The notes beneath the pieces are model-generated. The model did no database searches. It was not told the origin of the DNA and saw nothing but the letters and a program-made list of their open reading frames with translations. Shown here piece by piece: positions 50,921 through 59,964 of a stretch of 64,000 nt of DNA; position 1 is the stretch's first letter; every line of letters starts with the position of its first letter. Origin of the DNA: an uncultured Haloferula sp. (GTDB lineage: Bacteria; Verrucomicrobiota; Verrucomicrobiia; Verrucomicrobiales; Akkermansiaceae); NCBI GenBank assembly GCA_965652295.1, contig CBFGTS010000016.1, positions 32,001 through 96,000 of the forward strand, in the 5' to 3' direction. The translations under genes and the position numbers were made by a program.

Positions 50921-52366
50921 TCACCCAACGAACAACCCGCGATCCGCCAGGTGGCGGATCCAGGGGCGGAAGTCGAGGTCCGGTGCTTCGGTGCGGGCGA
51001 AGGCTTCCAGCTCGTCGAGGGTGCGCGATCCATCGAGCGCGGCGACCACGGACTGGTGGTTCTCCGGGAAATGGCAGGTGCGGTGGAAGGCATCGACGAT
51101 CGGCTGGTGCCGGCGTGCGAAGTGGAGATTGAGCGGCGAAAGACGGGGCTTCGCGGGGGTGCCGGCGATGGTGATGGAATCGGTCCGCAGCTCGATCCAG
51201 CCGAGGCGGGCGGCCTGGAAGACCCACTTCGAGATCGCCTGTCCGCAGGTCGCGGGGTCCCAGCGCGGGCCGAGGCGGACGGCGCATTCTTCCATCAACG
51301 TGGTCAGCGGTCGGGCCGAGGGCGCGGAGGCGACCAAGGCGGCGTGAAGCAGGCCGATGAGTTCGCCGTGCACGGCTTCCGCGGGCAGCTTGGGCACGGT
51401 GAGCCGGGCTTCGAAATGCAGCACGACCGACTGGGTTGTGGCGGGGTCGAGCGGCGCGCCGGCGGGGGAAAACAGGCTGACGCGGTGCGAGCGGCCGGAC
51501 AGCAGGTCGAGCGTCTGTTGGAGAAGCACGGGATCGTTTTCCAACGGTTTCAAGCGCGCCAACGCGTCGGCAGGCAGGTGGGGAGGGAGGTTGTCGGTGA
51601 GGCTGGCCTCGCCGAGGTAGCGGAGGTTTTTCCGACCGGTCCAGGCGAGCACCTGGCCGAAATGAAAAGCTTCGCAGTGAGGGGCGAGTTCGTCGAAAGG
51701 CAGAATGGCGGGGCCCTTGCGGCGCATGTCGCGGTAGATCGCGGAGAGGTGGCGGGTGTAGGGGGAGTCGCCGAGGGCGGCGGTGGTTTCGAGGGACTCC
51801 AGCAGGGAATCGAGACCCTTGCCTTCGGGATCGAGCGCTCCGAGGACGGGCAGCATTGTCGCGGCCTCGCGTCGCAGGGCCCAGCCGGGCAGCGTGTTGT
51901 AGCTGATGCTGGCGATGCCCGATTCGGCAAGGGTCCGGGCGATCAGATCCAGCAGCGCGGCCTTTGCCTCATCGCCGATCCACGACAGCATGCCGTGGGC
52001 AATGACATAATCGAAGGGTCCGGCCGGCGGTTCCCAGGCAGTGAGATCGGCGTGCTCGAAGGTGATGTTTTTCAGCCCTGCCTCGGTGGCGGCCTGCCGC
52101 GCGGAGCGGATGGCGGAATCGGAGAAATCGATGCCGTGGAAGGTTCCCTCGGGAAAGCGTTCGGCCAGGGGCAGCAGGTTGTGCCCGGATGCGCAGCCGA
52201 TTTCCAGAACGCGGGCCTGATCGGTGAGTGCCGGTGAAATGAGGCCGCAGCAGCGGGCGGCGGCTCCCAGCGTGCCGGGGTGGGTCTCCGGGTGGGAGAG
52301 CGCGGGGTAGCGGTGCTGTGAGTAAAGCTCGCGGACGGCGTCGGGCATGGGCGGAGCGTTGAGCAT
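50921..52366 (-). CDS. Class I SAM methyltransferase with methyltransferase-regulatory domain
   Basis: 'YPALSHPETHP', 'VLEIGCASGHNL', 'FDYVIAHGMLSWI', 'ISYNTLPGW'. Confidence 0.85.
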   Translation of the reverse strand: MLNAPPMPDAVRELYSQHRYPALSHPETHPGTLGAAARCCGLISPALTDQARVLEIGCASGHNLLPLAERFPEGTFHGIDFSDSAIRSARQAATEAGLKNITFEHADLTAWEPPAGPFDYVIAHGMLSWIGDEAKAALLDLIARTLAESGIASISYNTLPGWALRREAATMLPVLGALDPEGKGLDSLLESLETTAALGDSPYTRHLSAIYRDMRRKGPAILPFDELAPHCEAFHFGQVLAWTGRKNLRYLGEASLTDNLPPHLPADALARLKPLENDPVLLQQTLDLLSGRSHRVSLFSPAGAPLDPATTQSVVLHFEARLTVPKLPAEAVHGELIGLLHAALVASAPSARPLTTLMEECAVRLGPRWDPATCGQAISKWVFQAARLGWIELRTDSITIAGTPAKPRLSPLNLHFARRHQPIVDAFHRTCHFPENHQSVVAALDGSRTLDELEAFARTEAPDLDFRPWIRHLADRGLFVG

Positions 52367-52476
52367 CCGGCGCTGCGGTCAAGGCTCGTTGCGGGCGGAG
52401 GGATTCCGAGGTTTCCATGGTTAGCAGATTGGCGGCTGAGATTCTGACGGCTAGTCTTGTAGAGTCGCCCGTCGTT

Positions 52477-54042
52477 TTGATCCAAAACCCGATACTTCCC
52501 GGCTTTCATCCCGACCCCTCGATCGTGAGGGTGGGGGACGATTTCTATCTGGCGAACTCCACTTTCGAATGGTTTCCGGGCGTACCGATCCATCATTCGC
52601 GGGATTTGAAACACTGGCGGCTGATTGGCCACGCCCTCACCCGTCCTTCGCAGCTCGATTTGCGCGGCGTGCCGGACTCCGGTGGCGTCTGGGCACCCTC
52701 GATGAGCCATGCGGACGGGAAATTCTGGCTTGTCTCCACCAACCTACGGAACACCGGGATGGGTCGTCCGTTCAAGGACATCAAAATCCATCTCACCACT
52801 GCCGAGCGCGCCGAGGGGCCGTGGAGCGATCCGGTGGAGCTGGACTCGATCGGTTTCGATCCCTCGCTTTTCCACGATGACGATGGCCGAAAGTGGCTGG
52901 TGAACATGGAGTGGGACTTCCGCAAGGGCCGCTACCGTTTCGCCGGGATCGTGATTCAGGAGTTCGACCCGCAGGCCGGCAGGCTCGTCGGCGAGCGGCG
53001 GAAGATCCTTCACAAGGAGAACATCCTGACCGAGGGACCGAACCTGTACAAGCACGACGGCTGGTATTATCTGATGCTCGCCGAGGGCGGCACGGGCTGG
53101 AACCACGGGATTTCGATGGCGCGTAGCCGCGAATTGCACGGGCCGTATGAGCTGGACCCGCAGGCATCGGTCATCACGACGCGCGATGATTACGGGCATC
53201 CGCTTCAGAAATCAGGACATGGCGAACTCGTGCAAACGGCGGCTGGCGAGTGGTTTCTGGCTCATCTGGCGAGCCGTCCGGTCGGCTTCGACCGGCGCTG
53301 CACGCTGGGCCGCGAGACCTGCCTGCAGCGGGTGGAGTGGCAGGACGGCTGGCTTCGGCTGGAAGGGGGCGGGCACTCGCCTGCGGTGGAGGTCCGCGAG
53401 CCGGCCGACCTCGCGGAGCAGCCGTGGCCGGAGGTTCCTGAGCGGGACGATTTCGACAACGAAGTACTGGATTTCTCGTGGCAATCGCTGCGGGTGCCGG
53501 TGGATGCGGGCTGGGTGGACCTTGCCTCGCGCCCCGGCTGGCTGCGGCTGCGCGGGCGCGAGTCGGTGCACTCGCATTTCGACCAGAGCCTGTTGGCGAA
53601 ACGGCTGACGACCCATCGGGCGGTGGCCACCACGCTGCTTGAATTCGAGCCGGAGCACTACATGCAGATGGCGGGGCTGGTGTGCTGGTACAACTCGGCG
53701 AACCACTACTACCTGCGCGTCACCCACGAGGAAGGCCGCGGCAAGGTGGTGGGAGTGACGCTCACCGACAAGGGAGCCTACGACGAGCTGGACGGAATCC
53801 CGATCGGCGGCTGGGACCGGGTTTTCCTGCGGGCGGAGATCGAGCGCGACACGCTGCGGTTTTCCGTCTCTTCTGATGGGACGGACTGGCTGGCGGCGGG
53901 CCCTGCATTCGATTTCACGAAACTTTCCGACGACTACGCCGCGGGCTTCACGGGGACCATGATCGGCATCGCCGCGCAGGACCTGGCGGACCGCGACAAG
54001 ACCGCCGACTTTGACTTCTTCGAGCTCCAACGATTTCCATGA
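52477..54042 (+). CDS. GH43 beta-xylosidase/arabinofuranosidase with C-terminal beta-sandwich
   Basis: 'NPILPGFHPDPSI', 'STFEWFPG', 'WAP', 'GFDPSLF', 'EGP', 'GHGELV', 'LGRET', 'GFTG'. TTG start is inferred. Confidence 0.93.
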   Translation: MIQNPILPGFHPDPSIVRVGDDFYLANSTFEWFPGVPIHHSRDLKHWRLIGHALTRPSQLDLRGVPDSGGVWAPSMSHADGKFWLVSTNLRNTGMGRPFKDIKIHLTTAERAEGPWSDPVELDSIGFDPSLFHDDDGRKWLVNMEWDFRKGRYRFAGIVIQEFDPQAGRLVGERRKILHKENILTEGPNLYKHDGWYYLMLAEGGTGWNHGISMARSRELHGPYELDPQASVITTRDDYGHPLQKSGHGELVQTAAGEWFLAHLASRPVGFDRRCTLGRETCLQRVEWQDGWLRLEGGGHSPAVEVREPADLAEQPWPEVPERDDFDNEVLDFSWQSLRVPVDAGWVDLASRPGWLRLRGRESVHSHFDQSLLAKRLTTHRAVATTLLEFEPEHYMQMAGLVCWYNSANHYYLRVTHEEGRGKVVGVTLTDKGAYDELDGIPIGGWDRVFLRAEIERDTLRFSVSSDGTDWLAAGPAFDFTKLSDDYAAGFTGTMIGIAAQDLADRDKTADFDFFELQRFP

Positions 54043-55838
54043 TCACCCGCTACGACTACATCAACATCGCCTTCTACTTCCTTTTCATCGCGGGGGTGGG
54101 GATCTACTTCATGTGGCGTAGCAAGAACACGTCTGACTACTTCCGGGCCGGCGGGTTGCTGCCATGGTGGGTGACGGGGGCCTCGACATGGATGGCGTCG
54201 TTCAGTGCGTGGACCTTCACCGGGGCGGCGGCGAAAATGTACCAGAGCGGGCCGTATGCCTTCGGGCTGTATTACGCGGTATTGATCCCTTGGGCGGTGC
54301 TGCTGTTCTTCACCTGCTTCCGTTTCCGGCGCATGCAGGTGGTGACGCCGTTGGAAGCGGTTCGTCTGCGCTTCGGGCAGACCTCGCAGGTCTTTTTCAC
54401 CTGGGCGCGGCTGCCGTTCATGCTGATCTTCGGGGGAATCTCGCTGAATGCGATCGCGGTGTTCATGGCGGCGGTGTTCGGGATGGATGTCCAGGTGGTG
54501 ATGGTGGGCATGGGAATCATCGTCACGGCGCTCGCGCTGCTGGGCGGGTCCTTCGGCGTGGCGGCGAGCGATTTCGTGCAGATGTTCCTGATCGTGCTGG
54601 TGACGGTGGTGGTCACCGTGCTGGCGCTGAAGTTGCCGGGGATCGGCGGGATCAGCGGAATGATCGAGCAGGCTCCGAGCGCGCACTACAACTGGAGCGA
54701 GATCGCGCGACCGGAGTTCATCATCCTGTGGTTCGTGGCGCTGAACATCACCAAGCTTTTCGAGGAGAACGCGATCGACAAGTCGGCCAAGTTCCTGATG
54801 GCGCGCGACGACCGCAACGCGCGGATGACGCTGATCATTCCGGTGCTCGGAGCGATTCTCGGACCGGCGTTGTGGCTCATCCCGCCGACGGTGGCGGCGA
54901 TCAACCACCCGGACATGGGCTCGCTCTACCCGACGCTGAAAGTGCCCGAGGAGGCGGCGTTTTTGCAAACCGCGGCGGACGTGCTGCCGCAGGGGATGTT
55001 GGGGCTGCTGGTGTGTGGGATTTTTGCGGCCACGCTGACCTCGATGGATGCCGGGCTGAATCAGGGTGCGGGGATTTTTGTCCGGAACTTCTACCTCCCG
55101 ATCATGAACCCGGACTGCCCGGAAAAGAGGCTTCTTTTGATCAGCAAGGTCGCCACCGGCGTCTGCGGGCTGGTAATGCTGGGCTTTGGTCTGATGTGGG
55201 AGAACATGCGGCAGTCGAACCTGTTCGACCTCGTCAACCAGGTGGCGATCAGCCTCGGGATTCCGATTTCGATCCCGCTGTTCCTCGGCTTGTTTTATCG
55301 GAAAACCCCGCCCTGGGCGGCGTGGAGCACGGTGCTTGTCGGCCTCGCGGTTTCGCTGGCCCTCAACACGCTGCTCAAGGATGCCCAGGGTGATGCGAGC
55401 CTCGCCCGCGTTGCCTGGATTCCGGGACTGGAAGGGGACATCAAGTCGGAGGAGATGACGCAGTTCACGCTCTTCGCTACGGTGTTCATGGTAGGCGGAA
55501 TCTCGATCGCCTGGTTCTTCCTGACCTCCGTTTTCTACAAAAACAGCCCGGAGGCGTACAAGCGGAACGTGGACGAGTTCTTCACGCGCCTGAAGACGCC
55601 GGTGGAGGCGAAGACCGGCGAGGAAGCGCGCGAGGACCAGGCCGTGGCCGGATCGATCGGCAAGCTGCTGCTGATCTACGGTGCCTTCGTCGCGTCGCTG
55701 GTGTGGATTCCCAATCCCATGAGCGGCCGGCTCTGCTTCCTCGGTGTGGGAGGCTTCATGGTGGTGGTGGGCGTGTTCCTCTGGCGGTCGCATCGCACCC
55801 AGCGGCCGCCGCTGCTGTCGGGACGCGAAACGGAATGA
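54039..55838 (+). CDS. Sodium:solute symporter (SSS) family sugar transporter
   Basis: 'SDYFRAGG.LPWW', 'FSAWTFTGAA', 'G..GLLV.GIFAATLTSMD'; many TM segments. Confidence 0.9.
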   Translation: MITRYDYINIAFYFLFIAGVGIYFMWRSKNTSDYFRAGGLLPWWVTGASTWMASFSAWTFTGAAAKMYQSGPYAFGLYYAVLIPWAVLLFFTCFRFRRMQVVTPLEAVRLRFGQTSQVFFTWARLPFMLIFGGISLNAIAVFMAAVFGMDVQVVMVGMGIIVTALALLGGSFGVAASDFVQMFLIVLVTVVVTVLALKLPGIGGISGMIEQAPSAHYNWSEIARPEFIILWFVALNITKLFEENAIDKSAKFLMARDDRNARMTLIIPVLGAILGPALWLIPPTVAAINHPDMGSLYPTLKVPEEAAFLQTAADVLPQGMLGLLVCGIFAATLTSMDAGLNQGAGIFVRNFYLPIMNPDCPEKRLLLISKVATGVCGLVMLGFGLMWENMRQSNLFDLVNQVAISLGIPISIPLFLGLFYRKTPPWAAWSTVLVGLAVSLALNTLLKDAQGDASLARVAWIPGLEGDIKSEEMTQFTLFATVFMVGGISIAWFFLTSVFYKNSPEAYKRNVDEFFTRLKTPVEAKTGEEAREDQAVAGSIGKLLLIYGAFVASLVWIPNPMSGRLCFLGVGGFMVVVGVFLWRSHRTQRPPLLSGRETE

Positions 55839-57259
55839 TGACGACGATGAGAACTTATATCCTGAAGACAATCCTGGCTTTCAGCTGGGTCGGCCTCGCT
55901 GCGGCGCAGGGCGTCGTGGAGGTGGACAGCCTTGCGGGGTTGGCCGAGGCGGCAGCGGGCAATGGCCGCGAGATCCGCATGAAACCCGGAGTCTACCGGA
56001 TGGCGGATTATCTCACGGATGAGGTGCTGAAGGAGATCGGCGATTACGTCGATCGTTCCCAGTCGCGTCCGCCGGTGCCGATGTTCCTTTTCAGGGGAAA
56101 CGACAACCGCATCGACTTGCGCGACGTCATCATCGAGATCGACACCACGCTCTACGCAAAAGTCCCGCAGGGTGGCTACACGCGCTGCCTGATCATCGAG
56201 GGCAAGGGCAATTTCCTGCATGGCCTGACGATCCGCAACACCGGCCCGAACACCGGCAGCAGCGGCAATATTCTCTCGGTGCAGGGTGACGACAACACGC
56301 TGGAGAACGTGCAGCTCCACGTGCATGGATCGTTCCCGTGGGGATACGGCGACCTGCTCGGGAAGGGCGGGCCGAACCTCCTCCATCTGGAAAAGCAGAG
56401 CGGTATCCAAGTGATCGGCAGCCGCACGTTGCTCAAGCGTTGCCGGGTATTCAGCCGCGCCTTCGGGCACTGCTTCTACATCCAGGGGGGCGAGGGCAGC
56501 AGGTTGGAGGACTGTTATGCGGAGGGCTCGGTGAGGAGCACCACCGACATGCTCAAGGACACCTCCGGCCCGGTTCACGACATGGGTTTCCCGTCGGTTT
56601 ACAAAAACCGTGACGGACGCTTCGTGATCACGCCGGGATACATGAAAAGCCTCTCCGAGGACGGCTTCCGCACCTATGGCAATGCCGGCAGCGTGACCTT
56701 GCTGAATTGCACCGCGATCAACACCCGCGCGGGCTTCGAGATCGGAGTTCGCGATGATTCACCGACGAAGACCATCGTCGAGAACTGCGTGGCGCGTGGT
56801 TGCGAACGGGCGTTCCTGATCGGCTCACAAACGATTGTCCGGCGGTGCCGTGGCGACATCGTTCACGGGCCGTTGCTCTACCTCCGCGGTGGCCATGACT
56901 CGGACGTGGAACTCGAACTCATCGGCGATCCGCCGGAAAGCCTGGTGCATCTGCTGGCGACCATCGCGGGGGAGAATCACAAGGTGAAGTTGGGAGTGCA
57001 GCGCGGTTTCGCGGGTTTCCCGCAGCTCCCGATCCTCTTCGGCTTCGGCATGCCGGCGCACGCTGAAATGGCGAGCGAGCCTGAGCCGGCCCCGGCCAGG
57101 AACATCGAGCTGACGAGCACCATCGGCTTCGCTCCGGTGATTGTCAGCGGGCAGGTCGAAGGCTCGACCATCGAAACCACCGCCCGCGAGGTGAAGGACG
57201 AGGACCTGCGCAAGGACCCGGGCCCGTGGGAGCGCCGGCCCGTGGCTCCTTCGAAATGA
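55835..57259 (+). CDS. Secreted right-handed beta-helix (pectin-lyase-like) protein
   Basis: Signal peptide; 'IRMKPGVY'; repeating 'xxLxxCxx' and 'IVENC' rungs; 'EDGFRTY'. Confidence 0.7.
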   Translation: MMTTMRTYILKTILAFSWVGLAAAQGVVEVDSLAGLAEAAAGNGREIRMKPGVYRMADYLTDEVLKEIGDYVDRSQSRPPVPMFLFRGNDNRIDLRDVIIEIDTTLYAKVPQGGYTRCLIIEGKGNFLHGLTIRNTGPNTGSSGNILSVQGDDNTLENVQLHVHGSFPWGYGDLLGKGGPNLLHLEKQSGIQVIGSRTLLKRCRVFSRAFGHCFYIQGGEGSRLEDCYAEGSVRSTTDMLKDTSGPVHDMGFPSVYKNRDGRFVITPGYMKSLSEDGFRTYGNAGSVTLLNCTAINTRAGFEIGVRDDSPTKTIVENCVARGCERAFLIGSQTIVRRCRGDIVHGPLLYLRGGHDSDVELELIGDPPESLVHLLATIAGENHKVKLGVQRGFAGFPQLPILFGFGMPAHAEMASEPEPAPARNIELTSTIGFAPVIVSGQVEGSTIETTAREVKDEDLRKDPGPWERRPVAPSK

Positions 57260-57339
57260 CCTTCGCCGCGGGTGGGCGGATGCTGAGGTGAACATCGGGT
57301 TCGGAGGGCGAACTTCATCGCCATCCATGACGGGTTCCT

Positions 57340-57373
57340 CTCCGTGATCTCCGTTTTCCTCAGTTCCTCCGTG
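57340..57373. repeat. Single-arm copy of the 46992-47026 repeat
   Basis: CTCCGTG-AT-CTCCGTT-TTC-CTCAGTT-C-CTCCGTG; both copies are preceded by CGGGTTC. Confidence 0.75.
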
Positions 57374-57416
57374 GTGGGAAAAAGCCGGACCGACCCGCGC
57401 GGCCGCAGGATGCGAT

Positions 57417-58466
57417 TCAGCGCCGGTCCGGCAGCGAGGCTCCATCGACCCAGGAGCCTTCGACGAGGATCTGGCGGAAAATCCGCGGGACGCCCGTCGA
57501 GCGGTCATTGATCAGGGAGTTCAGCATCAGGAAGCCGACGCGGCCGATTTCCTCCGGGTGCTGGTCGATGCCGGAATCTGCGGCACCGTCGAGAATGCTG
57601 GTTACGGCGAGGCCGACGTCTTCCGGGACCCGCACGCCGGCCTTGCTCAGAACGGTGGGCAGGCCGCCCAGGTCGGTGAGGATGGCGTCGACTTTCTCCC
57701 GCCGGATCCATTCGGCGATGGCGGTTCCATGGCTGGAGTGGGGCTCGCTGATGGAGCAGAGCGGAACCTGTTCGGCGGCCGGCAGGGTGTGACGGGCGAA
57801 AAGGTAGCCGGCAAGGAAGAGGTGGCCGCGGCGGAGGTTGGCGTCATCGGTGACGAAGCCGATGCGGCGGTAGCCCCGCTCGCGGATGGAGGCGATGGCG
57901 AGCTGGGTGTTGGCGGCCTGGTCGGCGGTCACGAGGTGCGTCCTCGGTTCCTGGAGCGAGCGGCCGAAGCGGACCACGGAGTAGTCCTCCCAGGGAAATC
58001 CGGTCCAATCGGGATGAGGATTTTGCGGCGGCAGCAGCAGCCCGCGAATCCCTCGGGCCGAAAGGATGCCATGGAGCCTCTGCGGCCGGCAGTCCGGGCC
58101 GATCTTGAACTCCTCGAGCCGGTAACCGAATTTCTGGGCGGCCTTGAGCGCGCCTTTCCAGTAGCAGTCGAACTCTTCGTAGCTCCGCAGTTTCGAGGGT
58201 TGTTCCCAGGCGTTGATCCAGCCGATGGAGGCGGCGATCGGCGTGTCCGCGCGGTCGCGGCGATAGCTTGCCAGGGCGGCCAGCATCGGATCGGGGCGAT
58301 AGCCGATCCGCCGGGCCTCCTGCTCGACCTTTTCGCGGGTGGCCTCCGAGATCCTCGGGTGCCCGCGGAGTGCGAGGGAAACCGTGGCATGGCTGACTCC
58401 CAGATTGCGGGCGATGTCGCGCAGGCTCACCCGGCGCGAGCCGGAAGATGGAGACTCGTCAGACAC
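57417..58466 (-). CDS. LacI family transcriptional regulator
   Basis: 'VSLRDIARNLGVSHATVSLALRGHPRIS..TR', 'GYRPDP', 'RVPEDVG'. Confidence 0.95.
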   Translation of the reverse strand: MSDESPSSGSRRVSLRDIARNLGVSHATVSLALRGHPRISEATREKVEQEARRIGYRPDPMLAALASYRRDRADTPIAASIGWINAWEQPSKLRSYEEFDCYWKGALKAAQKFGYRLEEFKIGPDCRPQRLHGILSARGIRGLLLPPQNPHPDWTGFPWEDYSVVRFGRSLQEPRTHLVTADQAANTQLAIASIRERGYRRIGFVTDDANLRRGHLFLAGYLFARHTLPAAEQVPLCSISEPHSSHGTAIAEWIRREKVDAILTDLGGLPTVLSKAGVRVPEDVGLAVTSILDGAADSGIDQHPEEIGRVGFLMLNSLINDRSTGVPRIFRQILVEGSWVDGASLPDRR

Positions 58467-58773
58467 ATCACGGACATATCAGTGTCACCGGAGCTGCCAA
58501 GAGGGTTTTCGGCGGTTGTGACGTGGGCGTTTCAAATCGCGGGGAAAACGCCCGGGGAAATGTCAGGTTTCCAGTGACACCCAAGGCTGGGTTGCCACCT
58601 TGGGGCCGTCCCGTGCATGCTCAACGCGAAGGTTAGGAAACGTATCATAGCTTCCTGCTTTCTTGGGTTGATGGATGGGTGTCTGGGGTCCGCTCCGGGC
58701 GCCCATCCTCTACCGGGGCGCTCCCGAGCCGCCTCTCATGAAAGAAATTTTCCCCTACCATTTCCGGCCAATC

Positions 58774-59955
58774 ATGCACTCCACCACCGCTGCCTCCTCT
58801 CCTCCCGTCCTTCAGCTGTCCGAAATCAGGAGCGCCTTCGACCTCTGTGCGGTGAAGGCTCTCGGCAACCTTCCCGCCCTGGCCGACAGCCAAAGAACCT
58901 GGGCCTTCGACCTTGAGGGGGACTATCAGAACTGGAACGAGGGTTTCTTCGAGATCGGCAACTGGACCGCCGGGTTTTTCACCGGCATGGGTCTGCTGGC
59001 GTGGATGGATACCAAGGACGACGCCTTCCTCGACGCCGTCTCGGGCATGGACGAGCTTTTCGAGCGGAAGGTGAACGAGGGCGCGGCCGATACGATGCAC
59101 GATCTCGGCTTCCTTTACCTGCCCTACGCGGTGGGACGGTATGAGCTGACCGGAGACGAGCCCGCCAAGGAACTCGCCTTGAAGGCAGCGGAGGTGCTGG
59201 CTGGCCGTTTCATTGAAAAAGGCGGCTACATCCGGGCCTGGGGCCGCATGGATGAAACCGGGCCCGCTTACGATTACGACGGGCTGGCGATCATCGACTG
59301 CATGATGAACCTGCCGCTGCTCTACTGGGCCTCCCGGGTCACGGGAAACCCGCGCTTCAAGGAAATGGCGGTCCGCCATAGCGACACCACCCTCAAGAAC
59401 TTCGTCCGCGACGATGGATCGGTCTATCACTCGTTCCGCTTTGAAGAGGACGGCTCGCCGAAGGGTCCGGACAACTATTGCGGTCGCGCGGTGGAATCGC
59501 ACTGGGCCCGTGGTGCGGCATGGGCGATGTATGGCTTCGCGCTCGGCTACAAGCACACCGGCGACGAACGTTATCTCGAAGCCTCCCTCAAGGTCACCAA
59601 GCGCTGGATTTCCCTGCTGGATGAGGAAGTCGTGCCGGTCTGGGATTTCTGTCTCGAGCCGGGCGAACCGCTTTTGCGCGATTCCTCCGCGGCGGCCATC
59701 GCGGTCTGCGCGATTCAGGAGCTCGGCCGCCACGGTCAGGCGGACGCGGAGATGCTTGCCGCCAAGGATGCCCTGCTAGCCCGCCTGTGCTCGGAGGACT
59801 ACTTCGACGCCCGCCCGGAAATTCGCGGCGTCCTGAAGCAGGGCGAGGTCGGCGACGGCGTGGGCAAGGCCCGCAGTGCCTACACGAGCTGGGGCGACTA
59901 CTATCTCATGGAAGGCCTCGCCGTCGAGCTTGGCCACGAACCGACCTGGTGGTGA
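58774..59955 (+). CDS. GH88 unsaturated glucuronyl hydrolase
   Basis: 'WTAGFFTG', 'HDLGF', 'IIDCMMNL', 'WARG..W..YGF', 'RDSSAAAI', 'WGDYY'. Start is 58774 or 58738. Confidence 0.92.
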   Translation: MHSTTAASSPPVLQLSEIRSAFDLCAVKALGNLPALADSQRTWAFDLEGDYQNWNEGFFEIGNWTAGFFTGMGLLAWMDTKDDAFLDAVSGMDELFERKVNEGAADTMHDLGFLYLPYAVGRYELTGDEPAKELALKAAEVLAGRFIEKGGYIRAWGRMDETGPAYDYDGLAIIDCMMNLPLLYWASRVTGNPRFKEMAVRHSDTTLKNFVRDDGSVYHSFRFEEDGSPKGPDNYCGRAVESHWARGAAWAMYGFALGYKHTGDERYLEASLKVTKRWISLLDEEVVPVWDFCLEPGEPLLRDSSAAAIAVCAIQELGRHGQADAEMLAAKDALLARLCSEDYFDARPEIRGVLKQGEVGDGVGKARSAYTSWGDYYLMEGLAVELGHEPTWW

Positions 59956-59964
59956 TCTGAGGCC

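Noticed and set aside
58561..58579. TGTCA-N9-TGACA as the LacI operator
   Set aside because: Only 5-bp arms and no second clear copy at the GH43 promoter; could be chance.
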